DNA from: an uncultured Gammaproteobacteria bacterium
GTDB taxonomy: Bacteria; Patescibacteriota; Patescibacteriia; JAHIZJ01
Length of the DNA stretch: 51,127 bases
Assembly: GCA_964371245.1 (NCBI GenBank)
Contig: CAYJKP010000001.1
Coordinates: forward strand, 1-51,127
Direction of reading: 5' to 3'
The notes beneath the pieces are model-generated. The model was not told where the DNA came from and made no database searches. It was given only the letters and a program-made list of their open reading frames with translations. Position 1 is the stretch's first letter. Every line of letters begins with the position of its first letter. A program made the translations under genes and the position numbers. Below, piece by piece: positions 1 through 7,602 of the stretch.

Positions 1-458
<458 letters not shown>

Positions 459-522
459 TTACTCTGGCTGACCAGAATCGCGGATGCAATGTATGGTTGT
501 TACTCTATTCACTCGCAGGTGT

Positions 523-630
523 ATGATTAAAAAGTATAAAATTTATCTTACGCTGGTTTTCTTCGTCGTTTTGGTGACCGTCTTTATTGGCCTCGTCTTC
601 CTGCTTACGCCAGCGCAACTCGTCCTCTAA
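523..630 (+). CDS. Putative 35-aa single-TM membrane peptide in the 23S-5S spacer (MIKKYKIYLTLVFFVVLVTVFIGLVFLLTPAQLVL)
   Basis: Translated by hand: ATG at 523, TAA at 628-630. Basic N-terminus followed by a hydrophobic run of about 22 aa; AGGTG upstream. Too short for the supplied ORF track. Confidence 0.55.
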   Translation: MIKKYKIYLTLVFFVVLVTVFIGLVFLLTPAQLVL

Positions 631-650
631 CAAAAACTTCAGTTCAGAGA

Positions 651-769
651 TCCGGGTGTTTCAAGCGACTGGGTCACACCTGTTCCCATTCCGAACACAG
701 CCGTTAAGCCAGTCCGCGCCGATGATACTCGCCCCATAGAGGGTGCGGGAAAGTAGGCCAATGCCCGGT
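651..769 (+). rRNA. rrf: 5S rRNA
   Basis: Core CACACCTGTTCCCATTCCGAACACAG..GTTAAG..CGCCGATGATACT..GGAAAGTAGG. Terminal helix CCGGGTGTT/AATGCCCGG; flanking precursor stem TTCAGTTCAG/CTGAACTGAA. Confidence 0.97.
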
Positions 770-789
770 TCCCTGAACTGAACGATACG

Positions 790-824
790 AAAAGACTCCC
801 GAGAGGACGGGGGTTTTTTCTTTT
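790..824 (+). terminator. Intrinsic terminator of the rRNA operon
   Basis: AAAGACTCCCG/CGGGGGTTTT stem with G-U pairs, followed by a T tract. Confidence 0.75.
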
Positions 825-852
825 GTCTCATCATAGGAAGATATGCTATACT
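823..852 (+). promoter_or_regulatory. sigma70-type promoter with extended -10
   Basis: TTGTCT-18nt-TATACT with TG at the extended position. Confidence 0.5.
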
Positions 853-884
853 AAGCGCACGAAATCATTAAAAAAACCTCGTAT

Positions 885-1727
885 ATGACCAAAAGCGGAC
901 GAACTCGTCTCACCATTACGTTGCGCAAGGATATTCTCAGCCAACTCGATAGCATCATCGACGGTGAGCGGATCCGAAACCGGTCGCACGCGATTGAATA
1001 TGTCTTGAGCCAAAACCTCGGACCGAAAATACACCACGCGCTTATTCTGGCTGGTGGCCAAGGCGTAAAAATGCGGCCGTTTACCTATGAAATGCCGAAG
1101 CCGATGATTCCGGTAAAAGGCCGGCCGATCCTTCAGCATATCATCGAATCGATACGGAATTGCGGCATCACCGACATTGTGATCGTGATCGACAAACAGC
1201 TCGGCGAAAATATCAAGAAGTATTTCGGCGATGGCTCGAACTTTGGCGTGAAGATCACCTACATTGTTGAGAAGGAACGGGCCGGGACAGCGGGCGCGAT
1301 CCGGCTGGCCAAAGACAAGCTAACCGAGCCGTTTCTGCTCTACTACAGCGACGTGCTGGCGGAAATTGATTTGCCGGCGTTCATGGAGTTTCATAAGAAC
1401 ACCGGGTCAGTCATGAGCGCGGCGCTGAACGCGACCGATAAGTTCTCTGATTACGGCGTGGTCAAGCTTCAGGGAAACACGATCGTGAATTTCGTCGAGA
1501 AGCCCACTCATAACGATACCTTCGGTCTGGTTAACGCCGGAATATTCCTGGCTGAGCCAGAACTCTTTGAATTATTGCCTCAAAAAACTCCCGCCAGCCT
1601 GGAGCACGACGTGCTCCCGAATCTGGCGAAACGCGGCCAACTTTCCGGCTACCCGTTTTCGGGAAAATGGTTCGATATTTCCACGCCGGAAATATATGAA
1701 CGCGTCTTGAAAGAATGGCAAACATAA
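885..1727 (+). CDS. Ribbon-helix-helix (CopG/NikR-like) domain fused to an NTP-transferase (sugar-phosphate nucleotidyltransferase) domain
   Basis: N-terminal RTRLTITLRKDILSQLD...NRSHAIE is RHH-like. It is followed by ALILAGGQG..MRP.T...PKPMIPV.GRPIL, FVEKP, VNAGI and WFDISTPE. Confidence 0.85.
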   Translation: MTKSGRTRLTITLRKDILSQLDSIIDGERIRNRSHAIEYVLSQNLGPKIHHALILAGGQGVKMRPFTYEMPKPMIPVKGRPILQHIIESIRNCGITDIVIVIDKQLGENIKKYFGDGSNFGVKITYIVEKERAGTAGAIRLAKDKLTEPFLLYYSDVLAEIDLPAFMEFHKNTGSVMSAALNATDKFSDYGVVKLQGNTIVNFVEKPTHNDTFGLVNAGIFLAEPELFELLPQKTPASLEHDVLPNLAKRGQLSGYPFSGKWFDISTPEIYERVLKEWQT

Positions 1728-1733
1728 ACGGTG

Positions 1734-1830
1734 GAATTCAGAATTCACAATGCAGAAGGAAGAAGGTTGGTTGTTCCGCTGCGGGACTTCAATAATTATT
1801 CCGTCTGAATTATGAATTATTAATTTCTGA
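1734..1830. repeat. Inverted degenerate heptamer arrays flanking a small GC hairpin
   Basis: GAATTCA GAATTCA CAATGCA (1734-1754); GTTCCGCTGCGGGAC (1773-1787); TCTGAAT TATGAAT TATTAAT (1804-1824). Confidence 0.55.
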
Positions 1831-1833
1831 TGA

Positions 1834-2580
1834 ATGGTCGTTGAACAAACACTTGAGAAGCTCGGTTTCAGCGAAAAAGAAAGCGCTGTCTATTTAGCCT
1901 TGCTCCGGCGCGGGCCGTCGGCTGTCCGGGCACTGGCCAGCGCGGCCGGGATCAACCGCGGCACAACCTATGATATCTTGAAGTCGCTACGCGACCAAGG
2001 CTTGGTTTCGTATTACCACCAGGACACCCATCAGTATTTTGTGGCCGAGGATCCGGAGAAACTCACCGCCCTCCTTGAATCCAAACAGCGGTTGCTGGCG
2101 GAAACGAAATCAGAACTCGCGCGACTCATCCCTGAGCTCAAATCAACCTACGATAAACAGGGCGAGAAACCGGTCGCCAAATATTATGACGGCGCCAAAG
2201 GCATCACAACGATCTTGCGCGACGTTATTGAAACGATGGCCAAAGCGCCGGCGCCGAAAGAATATTACGTCTATTCATCGGCTGATATCCGAAAATATCT
2301 CTACCAGGATTTTCCTGATTTTACGGAAGAACGGAAAAAACGGAAGATCCACGTTAAAATAATCGCCCTCGGTGAAGGCGGCAAACCGCTGGGACTGGAC
2401 GAACGGCGCTGGCTCAGCCAGAAGAAGGGCGCGCCGACCTATATCATTATTTACGACCACAAGACCGCACATATTTCGGTGGCCAAGGACGGAACGCCCC
2501 GCGGCATTATCATCGAGGATGCCGGCTTGGCGCAGACGCAACGGGTGTTGTTTGAACAACTGTGGAAAACGCTCGTCTAG
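1834..2580 (+). CDS. TrmB-family transcriptional regulator
   Basis: LGFSEKESAVYLALL...INRGTTYDILKSL...GLV winged helix, coiled linker, then a C-terminal effector domain starting KYYDGAKGI. Confidence 0.9.
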   Translation: MVVEQTLEKLGFSEKESAVYLALLRRGPSAVRALASAAGINRGTTYDILKSLRDQGLVSYYHQDTHQYFVAEDPEKLTALLESKQRLLAETKSELARLIPELKSTYDKQGEKPVAKYYDGAKGITTILRDVIETMAKAPAPKEYYVYSSADIRKYLYQDFPDFTEERKKRKIHVKIIALGEGGKPLGLDERRWLSQKKGAPTYIIIYDHKTAHISVAKDGTPRGIIIEDAGLAQTQRVLFEQLWKTLV

Positions 2581-2605
2581 CGGCGTGTTAATCAGACGAC
2601 CTTTT

Positions 2606-3637
2606 ATGTTGTCGGCCGTGCCAAAAAAACCAGCCAAGGAGAAAACCGTAGGAATGTTTCCGGTTGCGGCGGCGCTGATCGGAAATTTTTTTGTGCTTAT
2701 CATAAAAAGTCTAGCCGCCATAATTTCCGGATCAAGCGTTTTGTTTTCCGAGGCGATCCATAGTTTTGCTGATACTGCCAACCAAACCTTATTGGCAATC
2801 GGCCTTAGCCGGTCCCGGAAAAAACCAGACGCACTATTTGTTTATGGCTATGGCAATGAACGGTTCTTTTGGGCCTTAATTTCAGCCTGTGGTATTTTTT
2901 TTATCGGCTCGGGCGTGACGATTTTCCGTGGGATAACGTCATTTCTGACTGGACACGGTATTGTCGCTGAGCCGATCGTTTATGTCATTTTGTTCGCCTC
3001 CTTTTTTATCGAATCAGCCACTCTGATAATTGCCTTCAGAGAACTGCGGAAAAAAAATGAACGAGCCGGCATTTGGGACATAATTAGCTCTGGGGATCCA
3101 TCCACCCTGGCCGTGCTGTTTGAAGACGGGGTGGCCGTTTTAGGCGTGATGATTGCCTTTGTTAGTATATTGCTGACTGAACTGACCGGACGCAACTATT
3201 GGGACGCAACCGGCTCAATCGTAATCGGCGCGCTGCTCGGCGTGGTCGCAATAGTTTTGATTGTTAAAAACAGACGATACTTGATCGGCGCGACAATGCC
3301 GAAGAATTTAAGCACCGAAATAATTACCTATTTGGAAGCCGACCCGGCGATTGAAAAAGTCCTTGATTTTAAATCCACGGTCCTTGACATTGGCGTGTAC
3401 CGCATTAAATGCGAGATGGAATTTAACGGCCACGCGTTATTGAGGGAAATCTATCCGACTTCAGATCTGAGAAAAAAGTTTAATCAGGTCAAGAACGACT
3501 ATGAAGAATTCAAAAAATTCTACGTTGAGGTGGCCGATCGCATTCCGCGGCTCGTCGGCCGGAGAATCGACGAAATAGAGGATCGCTTGAAAACAAAACA
3601 TCCGGGGATAAAATATATTGATATCGAAATAAATTAA
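2606..3637 (+). CDS. Cation diffusion facilitator (CDF) family metal transporter
   Basis: SEAIHSFADTANQ, YGYGNERFFW and EDGVAVLG motifs; six TM segments. Start moved to ATG 2606 to avoid overlap with trmB (2654 also possible). Confidence 0.9.
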   Translation: MLSAVPKKPAKEKTVGMFPVAAALIGNFFVLIIKSLAAIISGSSVLFSEAIHSFADTANQTLLAIGLSRSRKKPDALFVYGYGNERFFWALISACGIFFIGSGVTIFRGITSFLTGHGIVAEPIVYVILFASFFIESATLIIAFRELRKKNERAGIWDIISSGDPSTLAVLFEDGVAVLGVMIAFVSILLTELTGRNYWDATGSIVIGALLGVVAIVLIVKNRRYLIGATMPKNLSTEIITYLEADPAIEKVLDFKSTVLDIGVYRIKCEMEFNGHALLREIYPTSDLRKKFNQVKNDYEEFKKFYVEVADRIPRLVGRRIDEIEDRLKTKHPGIKYIDIEIN

Positions 3638-3675
3638 TTTAGGATACGTTATAATTGGTAACGACGCGTATTCCC

Positions 3676-4932
3676 ATGGCACACATTATTACAGATCTCC
3701 ATCTCCATTCGAAGTACTCCCGGGCCGTGTCCCAAGACATGGACCTTGAGCACATGGCCGCCTGGGCGGCGAAAAAAGGCATTGACGTTATCGGCACGAG
3801 CGACTTCACTCATCCCGAATGGTTTCGAGAACTGACGGGTAAACTCGAACAACGGCCGAACGGTTTATATAAACTGAAAGCTTCATCCCTTCCAGTTTTT
3901 TTCATCCCGGTGACCGAGCTTTCATGCATCTACAGCCAGGGCGGACGAACGCGGCGAATCCACACCGTCGTTGTCGCCCCAGATTTGAAGATCGTTGAAT
4001 TGATCCGGACCAAGCTTGGCTGGCAGGGAAATTTAAAATCTGACGGCCGGCCGATTCTCGGTTTGAGCTCGATCGAGCTCGCAAAAAACATCTTTGACGC
4101 CTCGCCCGACTGTCTGATCATCCCGGCGCACGCTTGGACGCCGTGGTTTTCGCTCTTCGGCTCGGAGTCGGGCTTTGATTCGCTGGTCGAATGTTATGGT
4201 GAGTTTTCGGACCGGATCTACGCGATTGAAACCGGCTTGTCATCCGACCCGCCGATGAACTGGCGTTTGAGCCAGCTTGACAAGAGGCAAATTGTATCAT
4301 TCTCAGATGCGCACTCCGGTGCAAATCTCGGTCGGGAAGCCACGGTTTTCGAGCTCGAAGAATTAAGTTTTAAAAACATCGCGGAGGCCCTGAAGTCGCC
4401 GACAGACAAAAATCGCATCGCTTACACGATTGAGTTTTTCCCTGAGGAGGGCAAATACCATTGGGACGGCCACCGAAAGTGTGAAGTTCGATTTTCACCC
4501 CAGGAAACAAAACAGCATAATTCGATCTGTCCGAAGTGCGGCAAACGCTTGACTGTCGGCGTAATGAGCCGGGTGGAAAAACTGGCTGACCGGCCCGAAG
4601 GTTACAAACCCGATACCCGGCCTCCGTTTAAAAGCCTCGTGCCACTGGCCGAGGTGATCGGTGAGGCGCTGGGCGTGGGTAAAGGATCAAAATCCGTCCT
4701 GGCCGAGTATGACAAGCTCGTTCAGGCCGGGAAGAGCGAATTCAACGTTTTGTTAAATGTCGAGTTGAGTGAACTTCAGACGATGACTCAGCCGCGGATA
4801 GTCGAGGCGATTCAAAAAGTCCGCGATGGAAAAGTACACATTAACCCGGGATATGACGGTGAATACGGCACGGTGAAGATATTCGATGAACAGGGAAAGA
4901 ACGTGGCGACAAGGCAAAGCTCGCTGTTTTAA
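3676..4932 (+). CDS. Endonuclease Q family (PHP domain plus zinc finger) DNA repair protein
   Basis: DLHLHSKYSRA, GTSDFTHP, PAHAWTPW, ETGLSSD, SDAHS, GKYHWDGHRKC..CPKCG and PGYDGEYG motifs. Confidence 0.9.
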   Translation: MAHIITDLHLHSKYSRAVSQDMDLEHMAAWAAKKGIDVIGTSDFTHPEWFRELTGKLEQRPNGLYKLKASSLPVFFIPVTELSCIYSQGGRTRRIHTVVVAPDLKIVELIRTKLGWQGNLKSDGRPILGLSSIELAKNIFDASPDCLIIPAHAWTPWFSLFGSESGFDSLVECYGEFSDRIYAIETGLSSDPPMNWRLSQLDKRQIVSFSDAHSGANLGREATVFELEELSFKNIAEALKSPTDKNRIAYTIEFFPEEGKYHWDGHRKCEVRFSPQETKQHNSICPKCGKRLTVGVMSRVEKLADRPEGYKPDTRPPFKSLVPLAEVIGEALGVGKGSKSVLAEYDKLVQAGKSEFNVLLNVELSELQTMTQPRIVEAIQKVRDGKVHINPGYDGEYGTVKIFDEQGKNVATRQSSLF

Positions 4933-4981
4933 GGCGAGACATTATTTTTGCAGCTGAAAAGCTGCTTTTATTATTGTAAAG

Positions 4982-5010
4982 TTGATTATTTCCCCAAAAT
5001 ACGGTACAAT
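4982..5010 (+). promoter_or_regulatory. sigma70 promoter for the tRNA-Ser locus
   Basis: TTGATT-17nt-TACAAT, 21 nt upstream of the outer tRNA 5' end. Confidence 0.65.
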
Positions 5011-5056
5011 CGCAACGATTAGTATCGTCGTGGAGAGATGCCAGAGTCTCCGTCAT

Positions 5057-5075
5057 TCCCGGATCAAGTCCGGGA
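5057..5075. repeat. REP-like palindrome inserted in the D-loop of the outer tRNA
   Basis: TCCCGGA-TCAAG-TCCGGGA, a perfect 7-bp stem. Confidence 0.75.
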
Positions 5076-5090
5076 CTGGGGCAGAGGTTG

Positions 5091-5120
5091 TCAGCCAGAG
5101 GCTGATCCGCCTCTGGCGGA
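5091..5120. repeat. Double-hairpin palindromic element inserted in the D-loop of the outer tRNA
   Basis: TCAGCC-AGA-GGCTGA followed directly by TCCGCC-TCT-GGCGGA; the loops AGA and TCT are complementary. Confidence 0.8.
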
Positions 5121-5159
5121 AATGGGCCGCACTCGAAATGCGGTACCCAGCACTAAGGT

Positions 5160-5246
5160 GGAGGCGTGCCAGAGCGGTTGAATGGGCCGGTCTCGAAAAC
5201 CGGTATGCCTGCAAAGGTATCGGAGGTTCGAATCCTCCCGCCTCCG
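5160..5246 (+). tRNA. tRNA-Ser (anticodon CGA), intact, CCA not encoded
   Basis: Acceptor GGAGGCG/CGCCTCC; anticodon arm CCGGT-CTCGAAA-ACCGG; long variable arm; T arm GGAGG-TTCGAAT-CCTCC; discriminator G. Confidence 0.97.
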
Positions 5247-5307
5247 CCCTAGTGCTGGGTCGGATCCCTCCCTCTTCGCCAGACAATAATGAATAGTCAT
5301 TTACTAA

Positions 5308-5664
5308 ATGAAGGTTACCCGCGGTGAGGCAGCCAAGAAGGAAAAACACGGCATCAACCTTTGGGTTTATCCAACCGATCAGGAAGAAGTCGGCGTGGTT
5401 TATATTGAGGTAGCTGAAGGGCATTTAGAAGAGTTTTTTCATCGGCGGTGTACCTTTATCTATTACGTGCTTGAGGGCGAAGGGACATTTTACTTAAATG
5501 GTAAACCAACGCCTGTTCAAGCAACCGATCTTGTCGTTATTCCGCCAATGACCAAAATTTATTATCTCGGTACAATGAAATTAACACTGACAACCGTGCC
5601 AACCTGGACTGAAAAAGATGAAGTCCACGTGCGGTTTATATCTAAACCTACGCCTAAAATCTAA
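5308..5664 (+). CDS. Cupin domain protein
   Basis: FFHRRCTFIYYVLEGEGTFYLNG...DLVVIPP cupin pattern. Confidence 0.85.
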   Translation: MKVTRGEAAKKEKHGINLWVYPTDQEEVGVVYIEVAEGHLEEFFHRRCTFIYYVLEGEGTFYLNGKPTPVQATDLVVIPPMTKIYYLGTMKLTLTTVPTWTEKDEVHVRFISKPTPKI

Positions 5665-5666
5665 CC

Positions 5667-6878
5667 ATGATCGAAAATAGCATTGTCTATCGCGACCTGA
5701 AAAAGTACAACTTCTTCCGGATGTCGAAAGCGGAAGGTTCGTTTATTTGGGACCGGGACGGAAAACGATACATCGATTTTACGTCCAGTTGGAATGTGAC
5801 GAATCTCGGCTGGAACCACCCGGAGGTGAATGAAGCGGTGGCCGCACAAACAAAAAAGAATGTTCAGGGATTGTTGTGGGGCTCTGACCCGATCCAGGAA
5901 GAATATGCGATGAAACTAACGTCTGCTTTACCCGATTCTTTAAATGCCTGCGCGAAAGCGACGGGTGGTACTGAAGCCATCGAGGAATCGATTAAAATCG
6001 CCCGCGCCGCGACCGGCCGGAAGACCATCGTTGGGTTCAAAAGCAGTTATCACGGTCAGCTGTTCGCTTCCCTGGCGCTCGGCTATTCGGCTGAAGCGGT
6101 CGAACGGATCGCACCGCTGGTGCCGGAGTTCGTTCAACTGGATTTTCCGAAAGAATCATTGGGCGAAGCGAATAATAAGCTTTTCCTGGCTCGTCTGAAT
6201 GAAGTACTAATGAGAAAAGACGTGGCGGCGCTCATTACTGAGCCCGGAATTATCACTGGTTGGGGCTCGACGGCCGTTGCTTACTCTGGCTTCGTAAAAG
6301 ATATTCGCGCGTTAACTCAGAAATACGGGACGTTGCTTATTATTGATGAAGTAGGCACGGGATTTTCACGAACAGGAAGACTATTTGGCATTGAACGTGA
6401 GGGTATTATTCCCGACATGATTGTTTTCGCGAAAGGAATTTCAAACGGAGCGGCGGCGATCGGCACGGTCGTCGGGAACGCCGAACTGTTCCGTTCTACA
6501 TTTCCGTATACCAGCCTTATTTCCACCTTCGGCTGGACACCGGTGGCCTGCGCGGCCGCTCTGAAAACACTTGAAATCCACCAGCGGGACAAGGTTTGGG
6601 AGCAGGCCGAGGCAAAAGGAAAACGCATCAAACAGAAACTTGAACCACTTGTTGGTCAAGCCATAACTGATCTTCATGGCTTGGGCATGGAAATAGGCTT
6701 TTTGGTCAACAACGAGGGAACAGCGAAGAAGCTTATTGACGAAGCGTTGGTGAACGGACTGCACGCTGTCATCGGCGGCGGACAGAACATCCAGATTATG
6801 CCGCCGCTGACCATTCCGTACGATGTCCTAGACGAAGGTCTGGATATATTAATTAATACAATTAACAACGTATCGTAA
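5667..6878 (+). CDS. Class III PLP-dependent aminotransferase (ArgD/GabT-like)
   Basis: DGKRYIDF, LGWNHPEV, GTEAIE, SYHG and LLIIDEVGTGFSRTG motifs; PLP lysine in FAKGISNG. Confidence 0.92.
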   Translation: MIENSIVYRDLKKYNFFRMSKAEGSFIWDRDGKRYIDFTSSWNVTNLGWNHPEVNEAVAAQTKKNVQGLLWGSDPIQEEYAMKLTSALPDSLNACAKATGGTEAIEESIKIARAATGRKTIVGFKSSYHGQLFASLALGYSAEAVERIAPLVPEFVQLDFPKESLGEANNKLFLARLNEVLMRKDVAALITEPGIITGWGSTAVAYSGFVKDIRALTQKYGTLLIIDEVGTGFSRTGRLFGIEREGIIPDMIVFAKGISNGAAAIGTVVGNAELFRSTFPYTSLISTFGWTPVACAAALKTLEIHQRDKVWEQAEAKGKRIKQKLEPLVGQAITDLHGLGMEIGFLVNNEGTAKKLIDEALVNGLHAVIGGGQNIQIMPPLTIPYDVLDEGLDILINTINNVS

Positions 6879-6890
6879 GGAGACAATATC

Positions 6891-7175
6891 ATGATGTCCC
6901 AAATCCCCATCCAATTACAAAAAGCCAAACCCGAGGAAATCGACGCGGAAATTCTCCGGGCCGGCATCATTGCCGAGTATGACGCCATAAACTTGTATGA
7001 GCAAATGGCCGCGCTGACCGGAAACGCCGATCTTAAAAAAGTACTTCTGGAGATCGCCCGAGAAGAAAAAACCCACGTTGGCGAATTCCAGGCCATGTTA
7101 CTGAAACTCGATAAGGAACAAGTGACCGAGCTCGACAAGGGGAAAAAAGAGGTTGAAGAATTGACCGGCAAATAA
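6891..7175 (+). CDS. Short ferritin-like/rubrerythrin-family protein (encapsulated-ferritin-like half bundle)
   Basis: AEYDAINLYEQ...IAREEKTHVGEF diiron motifs in 94 aa. Confidence 0.85.
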   Translation: MMSQIPIQLQKAKPEEIDAEILRAGIIAEYDAINLYEQMAALTGNADLKKVLLEIAREEKTHVGEFQAMLLKLDKEQVTELDKGKKEVEELTGK

Positions 7176-7206
7176 ACACAGCCTTAAATCGTCTGCTTCA
7201 CCAACC

Positions 7207-7602
7207 ATGTATCGGAGTAAAAAGATCGAGAAAAAACCGCGCCGGAGGCTGGCCATTGATTTTGATGGAGTGATCCACCGATATTCAAAAGGTTTTCATG
7301 ATGGCTCGCTATATGACATTCCCATCGTTGGGACTCGGCGGACGCTCGCAAGCCTGCGCAAGAAATGGTGGCTGTATATCTACACTACTCGCGCTCGTGA
7401 TCGGAAAGGGCGGCAGGCAGTGGAACGCTATTTACGTAAGTATTCCATTCCGTTTGACGAGGTGGTCGGGCAAAAACCGATCGCCTTTGCCTATATTGAC
7501 GACCGGGCGATACATTTCACCGATTGGCCGGGTACATTGAAGGTATTATCGGCCATGGATCGAGCGCATCAGAGGAAATTAAAAGAGGCAAAGAAAAAAT
7601 GA
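7207..7602 (+). CDS. Cap-less HAD-superfamily phosphatase
   Basis: AIDFDGVI motif I, YTTR motif II, KP...YIDDRA motifs III/IV. Confidence 0.85.
   Translation: MYRSKKIEKKPRRRLAIDFDGVIHRYSKGFHDGSLYDIPIVGTRRTLASLRKKWWLYIYTTRARDRKGRQAVERYLRKYSIPFDEVVGQKPIAFAYIDDRAIHFTDWPGTLKVLSAMDRAHQRKLKEAKKK

Larger units (their letters stand above)
5032..5281 (+). pseudogene. Outer, disrupted tRNA-Ser(CGA) enclosing the intact tRNA-Ser
   Basis: 5' GGAGAGA-TG-CCAGAG; D-loop remnants GGTTG and AAT; anticodon arm CCGCA-CTCGAAA-TGCGG (5127-5143); degenerate T arm (GGG TCGGAT CCCTC); acceptor 3' strand CCTCTTC-G-CCA ending at 5281. Confidence 0.8.

Noticed and set aside
462-471. CTCTGGCTGA matches the reverse complement of 5091-5100
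   Set aside because: Only 10 nt, expected by chance in 51 kb.
2372-2605. N-terminal extension of the CDF ORF
   Set aside because: Overlaps trmB in another frame and has no CDF character.
4982-5424. ORFs 4982-5296 (+), 5053-5424 (-) and 5091-5300 (-)
   Set aside because: Shadow frames over the tRNA locus and the cupin gene.
7599-7602. UGA recoding (code 25, as in Gracilibacteria)
   Set aside because: TGA cleanly ends recognisable genes at ATGA overlaps (7602, 9785, 25081, 28977, 29405), and long genes have no internal TGA.
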